Shown piece by piece: positions 31,161 through 41,340 of a stretch of 64,000 nucleotides of DNA. The notes beneath the pieces are model-generated. The model worked only from the letters and a program-made list of their open reading frames with translations. It made no database searches and was not told the DNA's origin. Each line of letters begins with the position of its first letter. Positions within the stretch are counted from its first letter, which is position 1. The stretch is taken from the NCBI GenBank assembly GCA_963693025.1, contig OY843749.1, forward strand, positions 438,935 to 502,934, written 5' to 3'. The translations under genes and the position numbers were made by a program. Source of the stretch: Arenicellales bacterium. GTDB taxonomy: Bacteria > Pseudomonadota > Gammaproteobacteria > Arenicellales > Poriferihabitantaceae.

Positions 31161-31762
31161 CCAAACCCAACCCCCAACCCTTCAGCCAAAACCCCCTCAA
31201 CCTCCTCAACCTCCACATCAACAAACTCACTCATCTTCGTAACCCGCAACCCCGCAAACCCACACGGGTCAATCAACCCATACGGCGTCAAGTCCATATC
31301 CACATTCAAACTCAACCCATGAAAACAACACCCCCGCCTGATACGCAACCCAAGCGCCGCGATTTTTGCGCCGCGCACATAGACGCCGGGCGCGCCGGGG
31401 TGGCGGGTGGCGGGTAAGTCGTAGGTGGCTAGCAGGTCGATGACGACTTGCTCGATTTGTTTCACCACCGACTTGACCCCGAGCCCGCGGCGTTTGATGT
31501 CTAGTAGCAGGTAGGCGACCAGTTGACCGGGTCCATGATAGGTAATCTGCCCGCCGCGGTCGGTGTGGATGACGGGGATGGCGCCGGCGCGGGGGGTGGT
31601 GTGGCAGTTGGTTCCTTGCGTGAAGACCGGGGGGTGTTGGAGTAGCCAGATTTGGTCGGCGGTGGTGGGGGTGCGGGTGTGGGTGAAGTGTTGCATGCGC
31701 TGCCAGATGGGGTGGTAGTCGCGGAGGCCTAGGTGGTGGATGGTTGGTTGCAATTTCGTCAT
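31157..31762 (-). CDS. lipB: Octanoyltransferase LipB
   Basis: HPPVFTQG, DRGGQITYHGPGQLVAY, KIAALGLR, FHGLSLNV, IDPCG. Confidence 0.95.
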   Translation of the reverse strand: MTKLQPTIHHLGLRDYHPIWQRMQHFTHTRTPTTADQIWLLQHPPVFTQGTNCHTTPRAGAIPVIHTDRGGQITYHGPGQLVAYLLLDIKRRGLGVKSVVKQIEQVVIDLLATYDLPATRHPGAPGVYVRGAKIAALGLRIRRGCCFHGLSLNVDMDLTPYGLIDPCGFAGLRVTKMSEFVDVEVEEVEGVLAEGLGVGFG

Positions 31763-32083
31763 TCTCGAGCGTTAGCGCCCGTTGCCGCGTAGCGGCTTAC
31801 GGGCGCTTACGACCTCGGGAATCTCCATAAGGTTGGCACGGACTTGAACAAAGCGGGCGAAGCAGGCGGCGGGTAAGCCGCCATTCTCGCAGTCTTTTGA
31901 GTGGGGATGACGGCTTTGTTTGGGCTCAGCGCTAGTCTTAGGGAGATTCCCGAGGACGCAAGTGTCCGTAAGCCGCCGCTTAAAAGAAAAAGCGCGGCGG
32001 CAACGGTCACTAACGCTCGAGAATGACGAAGTTGGGGCCAACGGACACTAACGCTCGAGAATGACGAAGTAGTGAGAATGACG
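31757..32083. repeat. CGTC repeat dimer (arm C + inverted arm A) with stuttered right terminus
   Basis: Dimer ends at 32028; extra GAGAATGACG termini at ~32066 and 32083. Confidence 0.93.
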
Positions 32084-32090
32084 GGTAATG

Positions 32091-33263
32091 TCAAAACCCC
32101 AAAACAAAAACCATCCGCCGAAAATAATCCACCACCCTCGACCACCACTCCCCCGCCGCGTAATCCTCAGCCGGATACAACGGCATCACCCGCACAACCT
32201 CTCCGTCAAATTTTATCTCAGCCTTCCCAACCTCGTCATCAACCGACAACGGCGCGTCCAAACTATGTGGCAACTTAATCTCGCCCGACAACTTCCCCTT
32301 GCCCCCCTTAGGATACAAAATCCCCAGCGCATCATTAATCTTAACCCGCGCTTCACGCTCAAGCCCCATCCATAGCGGCAACACATCGACTTCTTTACCC
32401 GCCGGATACACCAACACGCTTTCGTAATTTGCATAACCATATTGCAGCAGAGCATAAACCTGGTCGGCGCGGATTTTGGCGCTTTGGGAGCCTATTACGG
32501 TGGCGATTAGGCGCATGCCGTTGCGGTTGGCGGTGCCGATTAGGCAGTAGCCGGCTTTGCGGGTGTAGCCGGTTTTGATGCCGTCTACGCTGGGGTCGCG
32601 CGCTAGTAGCAGGTTGCGGTTTTGTTGGGTGATGCCGTTGTAGGTGAATTCTTTTTCGGAATAGATTCGGTAGTGGTCGGGGAAGCGGCGGATGAGCGCG
32701 AGGGTGAGGATGCTCATGTCGCGCGCGCTGCTGTAATGCTCCGGGTGCGGCAAGCCGCTGCTGTTGACGAAGTTCGTGTTGCGCATGCCGAGTTGCGCCG
32801 CGGTGTGATTCATCTGCGCCGCAAACCCCGCCTCCGAGCCGCCGAGATGCTCCGCCAACGCCACCGCCGCATCGTTGCCCGACTGCACGATTAACCCGCG
32901 CAGCAAGTCCGCCACGCTGACCCGAGTATCCACCCGAATAAACATCCTCGACCCGCCGGTCTGCCACGCCTTCTTGCTGACATAAACGAGGTCGTCCAAC
33001 GCAATCGCGTTGCGCGAAAGCGCATCAAAGACGAGATAGCCGGTCATCAATTTAGTCAAACTAGCCGGCTCAATCCGCGCGTCGGCGTTAACGCTGTCAA
33101 TAACCCAACCGCTCTCGAAGTCTGCCAGCAGCCAGGCGTTGACCGGCATTTCCGGGACGGGCATGCGGGATTTTAGGGGGACGGGGAGTGGGGCGAGTAG
33201 TGGCTCGGCTAGGGCCGAGGTGGCGCAGAGTAAGAGCGCGATTAGGAAGGTGGGCTTTGGCAT
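32091..33263 (-). CDS. D-alanyl-D-alanine carboxypeptidase (PBP5/6, DacA/DacC family)
   Basis: PASLTKLM (SxxK), SGNDA (SxN), KTG motif. Confidence 0.93.
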   Translation of the reverse strand: MPKPTFLIALLLCATSALAEPLLAPLPVPLKSRMPVPEMPVNAWLLADFESGWVIDSVNADARIEPASLTKLMTGYLVFDALSRNAIALDDLVYVSKKAWQTGGSRMFIRVDTRVSVADLLRGLIVQSGNDAAVALAEHLGGSEAGFAAQMNHTAAQLGMRNTNFVNSSGLPHPEHYSSARDMSILTLALIRRFPDHYRIYSEKEFTYNGITQQNRNLLLARDPSVDGIKTGYTRKAGYCLIGTANRNGMRLIATVIGSQSAKIRADQVYALLQYGYANYESVLVYPAGKEVDVLPLWMGLEREARVKINDALGILYPKGGKGKLSGEIKLPHSLDAPLSVDDEVGKAEIKFDGEVVRVMPLYPAEDYAAGEWWSRVVDYFRRMVFVLGF

Positions 33264-33326
33264 CGGGGATGGTTTCGGGTGGGGGGAGGGTGATTATAGC
33301 GGGGGGTTGTGGGGGAATTCCATACT

Positions 33327-33526
33327 CGTCATTCTCGAACGGTAGAAAATAGGGAGCCGACAGGCGACCATATTTTCTTCGATTCGGGAATCTCCCTAAG
33401 TCTACCGTGAATTCCAACAAAGACTGTGCCAGTCTTAGGGAGATTCCCGAGGTCGTAAGTGTCCGTAAGCCGCCGCTTAAAAGAAAAAGCGCGGCGGCAA
33501 ACGGTCACTAACGCTCGAGAATGACG
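33327..33526. repeat. CGTC repeat dimer (arm B + inverted arm A)
   Basis: Nearly identical to 27512-27706. Confidence 0.93.
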
Positions 33527-33587
33527 GGGTGGGGGTTTTTTTGGGGGTGGTCGCCACTCCCGCCCCCGCCCCCGTATAATCACTCCC

Positions 33588-34517
33588 ATGATTACCTACT
33601 CCTCCATCGAAAACGCGGCACTTGTGGTTATGCGGGGGGCGGCTGTTGATATTCCGGAGGATTATCGGGTGGCGGTGGCGGGGTTGGCGGAGGGGGAGGA
33701 GGATGGGCTTTCTTGTTTTGTGCTTAAGACGATGCTGGATAATTATGCGGCGGCTTCCGCCGACCGGCGACCGATGTGCGCGGATACCGGGTTGCCGCGT
33801 TACTATGTGAAGGTCGGCAACGAGGCGCGGATTGAGGGCGGGATGGTGGCGTTGGAGAAGGCGTTGCGCTCGGCGACGGCGCGCGCGACGCACGATATTC
33901 CGCTTCGCCCGAACCGCGTGCATCCGCTTTGGCGCACCGACCCGAACAACAATGTCGGCATCAACGCGCCGGAAATCGATTGGAGTTTTGAGCCGCGCGC
34001 CGACTGGCTGGAGGTGACCACGGTGCACAAGGGCGGGCTGTTCGGCACCGATTACCGGATGTTGTTTCCGGGCGACGGCATCGACGGCATCAAGCGTTTT
34101 TTGCTGGACACGCTGATCGCCTTCGGCAAGCGCGGGCTGGCTTGCCAACCGGCGATTGTCGGGGTCGGGCTGGGCGGCTCGAAGGATGCGTGCATGGTCT
34201 TGGGCAAGCAAGCCGCCTGCCTGCGCGTCGTCGGCGACCGCCACCCCGACCCGAAAATCGCCGAACTGGAATTGGAGTTGAAAGACCTCGGCAATCGCAT
34301 CGGCATGGGTCCGATGGGTTTCGTGGGGCGCTCGATGGTCGCCGACTTGCACATTGAAGTCGGTCACACGCATACCGGCGGGATGCCGATGAGCGTGCAC
34401 ACCTTCTGCTTGTCGTCGCGGCGGGCGACGGTTCGCATCGGCGACGACGGGTCGACGCAATACCGAAGCGACCCGCGTTGGTTTTCGGATTATAGCCGCA
34501 GGGAGGGGATTGAATGA
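33588..34517 (+). CDS. Fe-S hydro-lyase alpha subunit (fumarate hydratase/tartrate dehydratase type)
   Basis: PMCADTG, ACQPAIVGVGLGG, GMGPMG, C.SSRR. Confidence 0.85.
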   Translation: MITYSSIENAALVVMRGAAVDIPEDYRVAVAGLAEGEEDGLSCFVLKTMLDNYAAASADRRPMCADTGLPRYYVKVGNEARIEGGMVALEKALRSATARATHDIPLRPNRVHPLWRTDPNNNVGINAPEIDWSFEPRADWLEVTTVHKGGLFGTDYRMLFPGDGIDGIKRFLLDTLIAFGKRGLACQPAIVGVGLGGSKDACMVLGKQAACLRVVGDRHPDPKIAELELELKDLGNRIGMGPMGFVGRSMVADLHIEVGHTHTGGMPMSVHTFCLSSRRATVRIGDDGSTQYRSDPRWFSDYSRREGIE

Positions 34518-35215
34518 CGCCGTCGTCGCCGCCATCGCAGCCGCCATCCGCGCCCACCCGACTCACTCTGCCGGCGCGCGCCGATGATTTGGCGCAACTC
34601 GCCATCGGCGCGGTGGTGTATCTCGACGGCGTCATTTACACCGGGCGCGAAGGCGTGTATCAGCGCGTGTTGGAGGAAGGCGTCGCCCTGCCGTCGGACT
34701 GGCACACGGCGAGCCGGGCGAACTTCCACTGCTCGCCGGCGGCGGCGATTGAGGCGGACGGCAGTTACCACGTCGGCGGCGTCACCGCGACCGCGAGTTT
34801 TCGTTTTGCCAAGTGGATGAAGGCGTGGTTTGAAGTCTCCGGCGCGAACATCATCATCGGCAAAGGCGGCATGAGCGCGCGCGACTACGCCGACCTGTTC
34901 GTGCCCGCCGGCGCGATTTACCTGACCACGGTGGGCTACGGCAGCGGCGCCTTGCTGGGGCGCGGAATCAAGCGCGTGCTGGATGTTTTCTGGGTGGAAG
35001 AACTCGGCAACGCGCAAGCGATGTGGGTGTTTGAAGTGGAAAACTTCGGACCCTTTCTGGTGGAGAGCGACATCAACGGCAACAGTTTGTTCGAGCAACA
35101 CAGCGCGCGCATCAACGCCAATATCGAGTCGCTATACCGCGGACTCAAAGCGCCCGCGCTGAGCCGCTTCGGCGAAACCGACGACCGCAAGGATGACTTG
35201 ATTCAGTCGGAATAA
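34514..35215 (+). CDS. Fe-S hydro-lyase beta subunit (fumarate hydratase C-terminal type)
   Basis: YLDGVIYTGR, ATASFR, IIGKGGM, ELGNAQAMW..EVENFGP; overlaps the alpha-subunit stop. Confidence 0.85.
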   Translation: MTPSSPPSQPPSAPTRLTLPARADDLAQLAIGAVVYLDGVIYTGREGVYQRVLEEGVALPSDWHTASRANFHCSPAAAIEADGSYHVGGVTATASFRFAKWMKAWFEVSGANIIIGKGGMSARDYADLFVPAGAIYLTTVGYGSGALLGRGIKRVLDVFWVEELGNAQAMWVFEVENFGPFLVESDINGNSLFEQHSARINANIESLYRGLKAPALSRFGETDDRKDDLIQSE

Positions 35216-35281
35216 ACCCGCCGCGCGCCGTCCATTGCGCGTTACAATGCGCGCCCACCGCAACCCACCCCGCAATCAAAA

Positions 35282-35902
35282 ATGCCAAACCTCGAAGAGT
35301 TGGTCAAACTGGGACAAATCATTCTCGTTGACCTCGTGCTGGCCGGCGACAACGCCATCGTCATCGGCTTGGTGGCTGCCAAATTCACCGCGCAGTACCG
35401 CCGCAAGGTGATTTTCTACGGCGTTGCCGCCGCGGTGTTGATGCGTATCTTGTTTGCAATCATCACCGTGCAGTTGCTGCAAATTATCGGCTTGCTGTTA
35501 GCCGGCGGTCTGCTACTGCTGTGGATTTGCTGGAAATTATGGCGCGACCTGCGCGCGCCACAGCCGGAATCGAAACCGCAACCATCCAACCTTGACGCCA
35601 CCAACGCCGACAACGACAGCGGCGCTGAAGACCCGCCACTCCGCAACGCGATTATGCAAATCGTGGTCGCCGATGTGTCGATGTCGCTCGACAACGTGCT
35701 CGCCGTCGCCGGCATCGCCGAAGGCCACACGCTACTGCTGGTGTTCGGCCTCGCGTTGTCGGTCGCACTGATGGCTTTCGCCGCCACGCTCATCGCCAAC
35801 ATGCTCGAACGCCACCGATGGATAGGCTATGTCGGCCTGGCGATGATTCTCTATGTCGCGCTGAAAATGATTTATCAGGGGGGGTTGCAATTGATTGGGT
35901 GA
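35282..35902 (+). CDS. TerC-family membrane protein
   Basis: DLVLAGDNAIVI and ADVSMSLDNVLAVAG motifs. Confidence 0.9.
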   Translation: MPNLEELVKLGQIILVDLVLAGDNAIVIGLVAAKFTAQYRRKVIFYGVAAAVLMRILFAIITVQLLQIIGLLLAGGLLLLWICWKLWRDLRAPQPESKPQPSNLDATNADNDSGAEDPPLRNAIMQIVVADVSMSLDNVLAVAGIAEGHTLLLVFGLALSVALMAFAATLIANMLERHRWIGYVGLAMILYVALKMIYQGGLQLIG

Positions 35903-35909
35903 GGCGGGG

Positions 35910-37538
35910 TTATGTGGGGTCGGTTGGTGGCGGCGTCATGTGCGACTCAAGCAGCCGAATATCCAGCATCGCGCGCAGTTGCGCATCGACGGCGGGAGCG
36001 ATGTGCGCCGGGAAGTGGGTTGCCAGAATGTGCCGCGCACGGCGGCGGGCGGTCTCACGAATGTCGTGCGCGCCGTCCGCCTCCCACTCGGCAAAGGAGC
36101 GGCGGTCGGCGATTGCCGGGTAGAGGAAATCGCTCTCCATTCGGCGCAAGGTGTCGGCGTGCCCGAGGAAATGCCCTTCGCCGTCCACGACGCCGGCGAT
36201 GGCGTCCACCGCCAGGGTGTCGGCGTTGACTTCCGGCGGGCTGAGGGTGCGCAGGATGCCGCCGAGCATGTCGTTATCGATGACATAACTCTCCAACGCG
36301 CAAGCCGACAAACTCGCCAGCATACCGCACGCCTGAGTGATGACATTGGAGCCGGATTGCGCCGCCAGCGTCACCGACAAACCCTTCTCAAAGCCGCTCT
36401 GGGCGTCGGCGATTTTGCTGTCGGTCGCCCCGGCAATCGACGTATTCGGCAGGTCATAGTAGTGCGCCATCTGCGTGCCGGCGGCCATCAACACGGCCTG
36501 CTCGCCGCCGCCGCCGGAGAGCGCGCCGGTGCGCAAGTCGGTGACCATCGGGCGCGCGCCGAAGGTGACTTTCGCATCCTCGTTGACGCTCCAGGCGAAG
36601 ATCATCCCGGCCAGGGTTTCCGCCACGTTCTGCGCCACCGACCCGGCGATGGTGACCGGGCTGGAAGCCCCCAACTGCCCGAAGGAATTGGCGTGCACCG
36701 GAAACCCCAGCCGCACCGCCGCCGCCATAACCTCGCAAGCGTCCGCCGCGTAGCGCAACGGCGGCACCGCGTGATTGATGTTGAAAGACAGAAACGGGCG
36801 CGCCGCAAAAGCGCTTTCGGAGCCGGCGATGGCGAAGCACATCTCGGCGATTTGGTGAACCTGTGCGGGCGCGCCGGCGGCGGTGAACACCGGCTTGGCG
36901 GTGCCTTTGATGCTGGCGTAGGCGGTATTGAGGTCGAGCGCCGCCGCATCCGGCATGTCGCCGGCGACCAGCGAGCGGCTGAAAAAATGTATATTTTCCA
37001 GCGCATCCACCAACCGCGCCGCATCGTATAAATCGCGCAACGTGGAGCGGCGGTAGCGCCCGCTTGTCAAGTCAACGATATTCGGCGCGGCGCCACCGGA
37101 GCCGACATGCACGCGCTTGCCCCGCAAGCACATGTCGTGCTCCGGTTTGCGCCCCGGCAGCGTGAAATTCCGACTGAGCCCGGCGAGGGCGTCGTCAATC
37201 AGCCGCGCCGAAAACAGCAAGCGACCATCATCGTTGAGCCGCCCGCCACGCGCGGTGATGTGCTCCACCACCACCGCCGGCGCCTCCGCCATGCCGATGG
37301 TTTGCAAAATCTCGCGCACGGCGCCGTCGATACGCGCCACATCCCGCGGCGACAACGGCGCAAAACACCCGCCGCTGACCCCGGCGCCGCTGGGCGTAGC
37401 GCGCCGCACCGCCGCGCTACGCGCTCTGCGCCCGCGCCGTGCTGCGTTGGCGGGGGCGGCGGAGGTTTTGGTTTTGGTTTTGGGCATGGGGGAAGCGGGG
37501 TGGGGACGGTGGCGGGCGGAGGAATGCTGTGTGGTCAT
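35910..37538 (-). CDS. Trimethylamine methyltransferase (MttB) family protein, non-pyrrolysine
   Basis: GSGGAAP, SPVTIAG...AETLAG, DLRTG, AGATDSKIADAQSGFEK, GHFLGHADT; no in-frame amber. Start may be further downstream. Confidence 0.85.
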   Translation of the reverse strand: MTTQHSSARHRPHPASPMPKTKTKTSAAPANAARRGRRARSAAVRRATPSGAGVSGGCFAPLSPRDVARIDGAVREILQTIGMAEAPAVVVEHITARGGRLNDDGRLLFSARLIDDALAGLSRNFTLPGRKPEHDMCLRGKRVHVGSGGAAPNIVDLTSGRYRRSTLRDLYDAARLVDALENIHFFSRSLVAGDMPDAAALDLNTAYASIKGTAKPVFTAAGAPAQVHQIAEMCFAIAGSESAFAARPFLSFNINHAVPPLRYAADACEVMAAAVRLGFPVHANSFGQLGASSPVTIAGSVAQNVAETLAGMIFAWSVNEDAKVTFGARPMVTDLRTGALSGGGGEQAVLMAAGTQMAHYYDLPNTSIAGATDSKIADAQSGFEKGLSVTLAAQSGSNVITQACGMLASLSACALESYVIDNDMLGGILRTLSPPEVNADTLAVDAIAGVVDGEGHFLGHADTLRRMESDFLYPAIADRRSFAEWEADGAHDIRETARRRARHILATHFPAHIAPAVDAQLRAMLDIRLLESHMTPPPTDPT

Positions 37539-37598
37539 TCGGCGCCCGCCAGTATATAATCTTCCGTTCTTTCATTCACCAACTGAGACCATACCAAA

Positions 37599-39107
37599 AT
37601 GAAAAACACCAACATCCTCAAAGCCTGTGCCGTCGCAACTTGTGCGATGGTGGCGGGCGTGTCGCTTATGGCGGCGAGCGTCGCGGGCGCGTCCAGTGGA
37701 ACATTTCGGCAAGCGTACGAGGTTGGGTTCGGCAGTTCCTCCAGCCTCGACCCCATCGCCAAGGGCCGCGTGTTTCAGATTACCGAAAAGATTATGAACC
37801 GGCTGGTGCGCCCCGGGCTGGACGGCAAACCGAGCCCTGACCTGGCGGTCAGTTGGTCTGCCAACGACGACGCCACCGAGTGGACTTTCCAACTGCGTAG
37901 CGGCGTGAAATTTCACGATGGTTCGAGTTTCGGCGCCGAGGACGTGGTCTATTCCCTGGGGCGGGTGCTCGACCCCGATTCCGACAGCCCGGCGCGCTCG
38001 GCGGTGAAAATGATCGACGCGGTTGAAGCGGTTGATTCGCGCACGGTGCGCATCTCGCTGAACACACCGTTTGCCGATATGCCGCTGCAATTGATGGACT
38101 ACCGCCTGCGCATGATTCCCGAAGGCTCCGGCGACACCATCGGCGCGACCGGCATCGGCACGGGACCCTTCAAGGTGGAAACATTCAACGCGCAGAGCAC
38201 CACGGTGCTGCTCGCCAACCCCGACTACTGGGAAGGCGCGCCGGGGCTCGCCAGTATTGAAATCATCGGCATTCCCGATGGCCAGGCGCGCGTGCAGGCA
38301 TTGCTCGGCGGTCAGATCGACATGTTGCGCAATGTGACCGCGCAGCAGAGTGTGATGCTCGCCGACAGCGCCAAATATAACATTCAGCAAATCCCGGTGG
38401 GCAACTGGCGCGGGTTGGTGTTCCGCACCGATGTGGCGCCCTTCAGCGATGTGCGCGTGCGCCAGGCGGTGCGCATGGTGGCCGACCGGCAAGAGTTGGT
38501 TGACCTCATCCTCGGCGGTGGCGGCGTAGTCGCCTGCGATGCGCCGGTCGAGCCCAACGACCAATACCGCGCGGACTTGTCCTGCCCGCAGGACATCGAA
38601 GGCGCCAAAGCGCTGCTCGCCGAGGCGGGCTACCCCGACGGGCTGGACATCGACATTCACGTCTCCACGCTCGAACCCACCTGGCCGCAACTGGCCGAAG
38701 CCTATCAGCAGCAGGCCGCCAAAGCGGGCATTCGCGTCAACATCGTTCAGGTGCCGACCGACGGCTACTGGAAGGAAGCCTGGATGAAGAAGGACGTGGT
38801 GGCGACGCGCTGGAACGAGCGCCCGGCTGACCAGGCATTGCATGAAATTTATCTGAGCACCGCCAAGTGGAACGAGTCCTATTACAAAAACCCCGAGTTC
38901 GACCAACTACTCGCCGCCGCCCGGCGCGAACTTGACTTCACAAAACGCAGAGCGATTTACGTCAAGGCGCAGGAGCATCTTTTTGCAACCGCCGGCACGT
39001 TGATTCCGTATACGGTGACGCGCAATGTCGGCACCACGGCACGCGTGAAAAACCTCGACGCGGTTAAGAATGAGGCGGTTCGGTGGCATAAGATTACGGT
39101 GGATTGA
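37599..39107 (+). CDS. ABC transporter substrate-binding protein, family 5 (peptide/nickel type)
   Basis: PDLAVSW, F.LRSGVKFHDG, GTGPFK, AKALLAEAGY. Confidence 0.9.
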   Translation: MKNTNILKACAVATCAMVAGVSLMAASVAGASSGTFRQAYEVGFGSSSSLDPIAKGRVFQITEKIMNRLVRPGLDGKPSPDLAVSWSANDDATEWTFQLRSGVKFHDGSSFGAEDVVYSLGRVLDPDSDSPARSAVKMIDAVEAVDSRTVRISLNTPFADMPLQLMDYRLRMIPEGSGDTIGATGIGTGPFKVETFNAQSTTVLLANPDYWEGAPGLASIEIIGIPDGQARVQALLGGQIDMLRNVTAQQSVMLADSAKYNIQQIPVGNWRGLVFRTDVAPFSDVRVRQAVRMVADRQELVDLILGGGGVVACDAPVEPNDQYRADLSCPQDIEGAKALLAEAGYPDGLDIDIHVSTLEPTWPQLAEAYQQQAAKAGIRVNIVQVPTDGYWKEAWMKKDVVATRWNERPADQALHEIYLSTAKWNESYYKNPEFDQLLAAARRELDFTKRRAIYVKAQEHLFATAGTLIPYTVTRNVGTTARVKNLDAVKNEAVRWHKITVD

Positions 39108-39188
39108 GGTTGAGGGGGGCTCGGTCGATAACGACCAACATCAACATCAACATCAACACCAACACCAACACCAACACGACCACGACTT

Positions 39189-39470
39189 CGTCATTCTCGA
39201 GCGTTAGTGTCCGTTTGCCGCCGCGCTTTTTCTTTTAAGCGGCGGCTTACGGACACTTACGTCCTCGGGAATCTCCCTAAGGTTGGCACGGGCTTTGTTG
39301 AAATTCACGGTAGCCTTAGGGAGATTCCCGAAGGCGATGAAAAATCCGCCCGGAGCGGATTTTCGCGTAGCCCGAAGGGTTTGTATCAGGGATGATACAA
39401 ACAAAAATATGGTCGCTGACGCTCCCTATTTTTCTATCGTTCGAGAATGACGGCTTTGTTGTGAATGACG
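39189..39470. repeat. CGTC repeat dimer (arm A + arm B carrying a ~60-bp insertion)
   Basis: Termini at 39189 and 39452, extra GAATGACG at ~39470; preceded by a (CAACAY)n microsatellite at ~39136-39177. Confidence 0.93.
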
Positions 39471-39489
39471 AGGTTTTTTACGGTACCGG

Positions 39490-40452
39490 ATGATGCTAAA
39501 AATGATTTTGCGCCGGTTGTTGCTTGGCGTGGTGACTATTGGCATGGTGTCGCTGATTATTTTCGGCGGGGTTGAGTTGTTGCCGGGGGATGCGTGTACC
39601 GCCTTCCTTGAGCGCGAGGCACAGGGCAAGTTGCTGGAAAACTGCCGCGCCGAACTGGGGCTCAATCGCCCGGCGTACGTGCGCTACTGGAGTTGGGTCA
39701 GTGGCGCGGTGCATGGCGATTTCGGCATCGCGGTCAATGGCCGCGAAACCATCGCCTCGCTGGTCGGTGAGCGGTTGCTGAACACCCTGTTGCTGACCGG
39801 TTGCGCGATGCTGGTCGGCATTCCGCTCGCGCTGTTGCTCGGCGTGGTGTGCGCGTTGTGGCGCGACCGCTCGGTGGATTTGCTCTTCTCCTCGCTCGCC
39901 ATCCTCGCCATGACCATCCCGGAATTCGTCTCTGCCACGCTGCTCATCCTGGTTTTCAGCGTCTGGCTCGGCTGGATTCCCGGCATCGTGTTGACCCCCG
40001 CCGAGGCGCCCTTGCGGGAATTTTTTCCGGAAATCCTGCTGCCCATCATGGTGCTGGCGATGGTGATGACGGCGCATATTCTGCGCACCGTGCGCTCCTC
40101 GGTGATCGAAACACTGGCGAGCGATTACGCCCAGATGGCGGCGTTGAAAGGGGTGCCCTACTGGCGGATTATCTTCCGCCACGTCCTGCCGAATGCGCTG
40201 CTGCCGACCATCAACGTGGTCGCGCTGACCATCGCCTGGCTGCTCGGCGGTGTGGTGGTCATCGAAACCGTGTTCAACTACCCAGGGCTTGGGCGCATGA
40301 TGATCGACTCCATCTCCGACCGCGACCTCGCGGTGACGCAGACCCTGGCGCTGATTATCGCGCTCATCTATGTCGGCGTGAACCTGCTCGCGGATGTACT
40401 CACGATGCTCGCCAACCCGCGCTTGAGAACGCTCAAAGCGCGGACGCCATGA
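39490..40452 (+). CDS. ABC transporter permease (DppB-like)
   Basis: LPGD, ELGLNRP, RHVLPNALLP, ETVFNYPGLG. Confidence 0.9.
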   Translation: MMLKMILRRLLLGVVTIGMVSLIIFGGVELLPGDACTAFLEREAQGKLLENCRAELGLNRPAYVRYWSWVSGAVHGDFGIAVNGRETIASLVGERLLNTLLLTGCAMLVGIPLALLLGVVCALWRDRSVDLLFSSLAILAMTIPEFVSATLLILVFSVWLGWIPGIVLTPAEAPLREFFPEILLPIMVLAMVMTAHILRTVRSSVIETLASDYAQMAALKGVPYWRIIFRHVLPNALLPTINVVALTIAWLLGGVVVIETVFNYPGLGRMMIDSISDRDLAVTQTLALIIALIYVGVNLLADVLTMLANPRLRTLKARTP

Positions 40453-41327
40453 ACGACGCCGCCGCCCACAACCCCCTGGCCGGGCTCGCCGCGGTGGTGC
40501 GCGATATTGTCCGCACGCCGTCCGGAGCAGCCGGGCTGACGCTGCTCGTCATCCACCTCGCGGTCGCCGTGAGCGCGCCTTTCTGGGCGCCCTACGACTA
40601 CCGCGAGGTCAGTTCGTTGCTGCTCCTCAAACCGCCCAGCCCGGAGCACTGGTTCGGCACCGACCATCTGGGGCGCGACACCTTCACGCGCACGTTGCTG
40701 GGCGGGCGCGAGGCGCTCATCGTCACCGGCGTGGCGACCCCGGTGGCGGTCGCGTGGGGCGGCTTCGTCGGCATTTTTTTCGGCTTGGTCGGCGGGCGGT
40801 TGGACGATGTCTTCATGCGCTTCGTGGACGCCTTTCTGTCGTTGCCGTGGATACTCAAAATGCTGGTCTTGATCGTCACCTTCGGTACCGGACCGGAAGT
40901 CTTCATCCCGACTCTGGCGTTTTTCTACGGCGTGCCAATCATCCGCGTGGCGCGCGCGGCGACGCATGATGTGGTCGCGCGCGACTTCGTGTGGGCGGCG
41001 CGGGCGCGCGGGCATAGCCGCATGACCCTCATCAGGAAGGAGTTGCTGCCCAATGTGCGCGACGCCCTGCTGGTGGAGGGCGCGATGCGCTGGTCGTGGA
41101 TGTTGCTGGCGTTTTCATCGCTGTCGTTCCTCGGCTTCGGGGTCTCTCCGCCGACCCCCGATTGGGGGCTGATGATCGCCAACGCGCGCGGCTATATGTC
41201 GTTCGCGCCGTGGGGCGTGCTGGCGCCGATGGTTGCGCTCTCCAGCCTCATCATCGGCATCAACCTGACCGCCGATGCGCTCGCCAAAACCCTCGGGGTT
41301 GACCGCGCGCAAAAAGCGCCGATTTAG
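40449..41327 (+). CDS. ABC transporter permease (DppC-like)
   Basis: HWFGTDHLGRD, LSFLGFG..PPTPDWGLMI. Confidence 0.9.
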   Translation: MNDAAAHNPLAGLAAVVRDIVRTPSGAAGLTLLVIHLAVAVSAPFWAPYDYREVSSLLLLKPPSPEHWFGTDHLGRDTFTRTLLGGREALIVTGVATPVAVAWGGFVGIFFGLVGGRLDDVFMRFVDAFLSLPWILKMLVLIVTFGTGPEVFIPTLAFFYGVPIIRVARAATHDVVARDFVWAARARGHSRMTLIRKELLPNVRDALLVEGAMRWSWMLLAFSSLSFLGFGVSPPTPDWGLMIANARGYMSFAPWGVLAPMVALSSLIIGINLTADALAKTLGVDRAQKAPI

Positions 41328-41340
41328 CGCGCCGCCGACG

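Noticed and set aside
35216..35281. yybP-ykoY riboswitch upstream of the TerC gene
   Set aside because: The intergenic region is only ~65 bp and I cannot see the conserved motif.
35910..37538. Pyrrolysine recoding in the MttB-family gene
   Set aside because: The ORF is continuous with no in-frame TAG, and no pyl genes are present.
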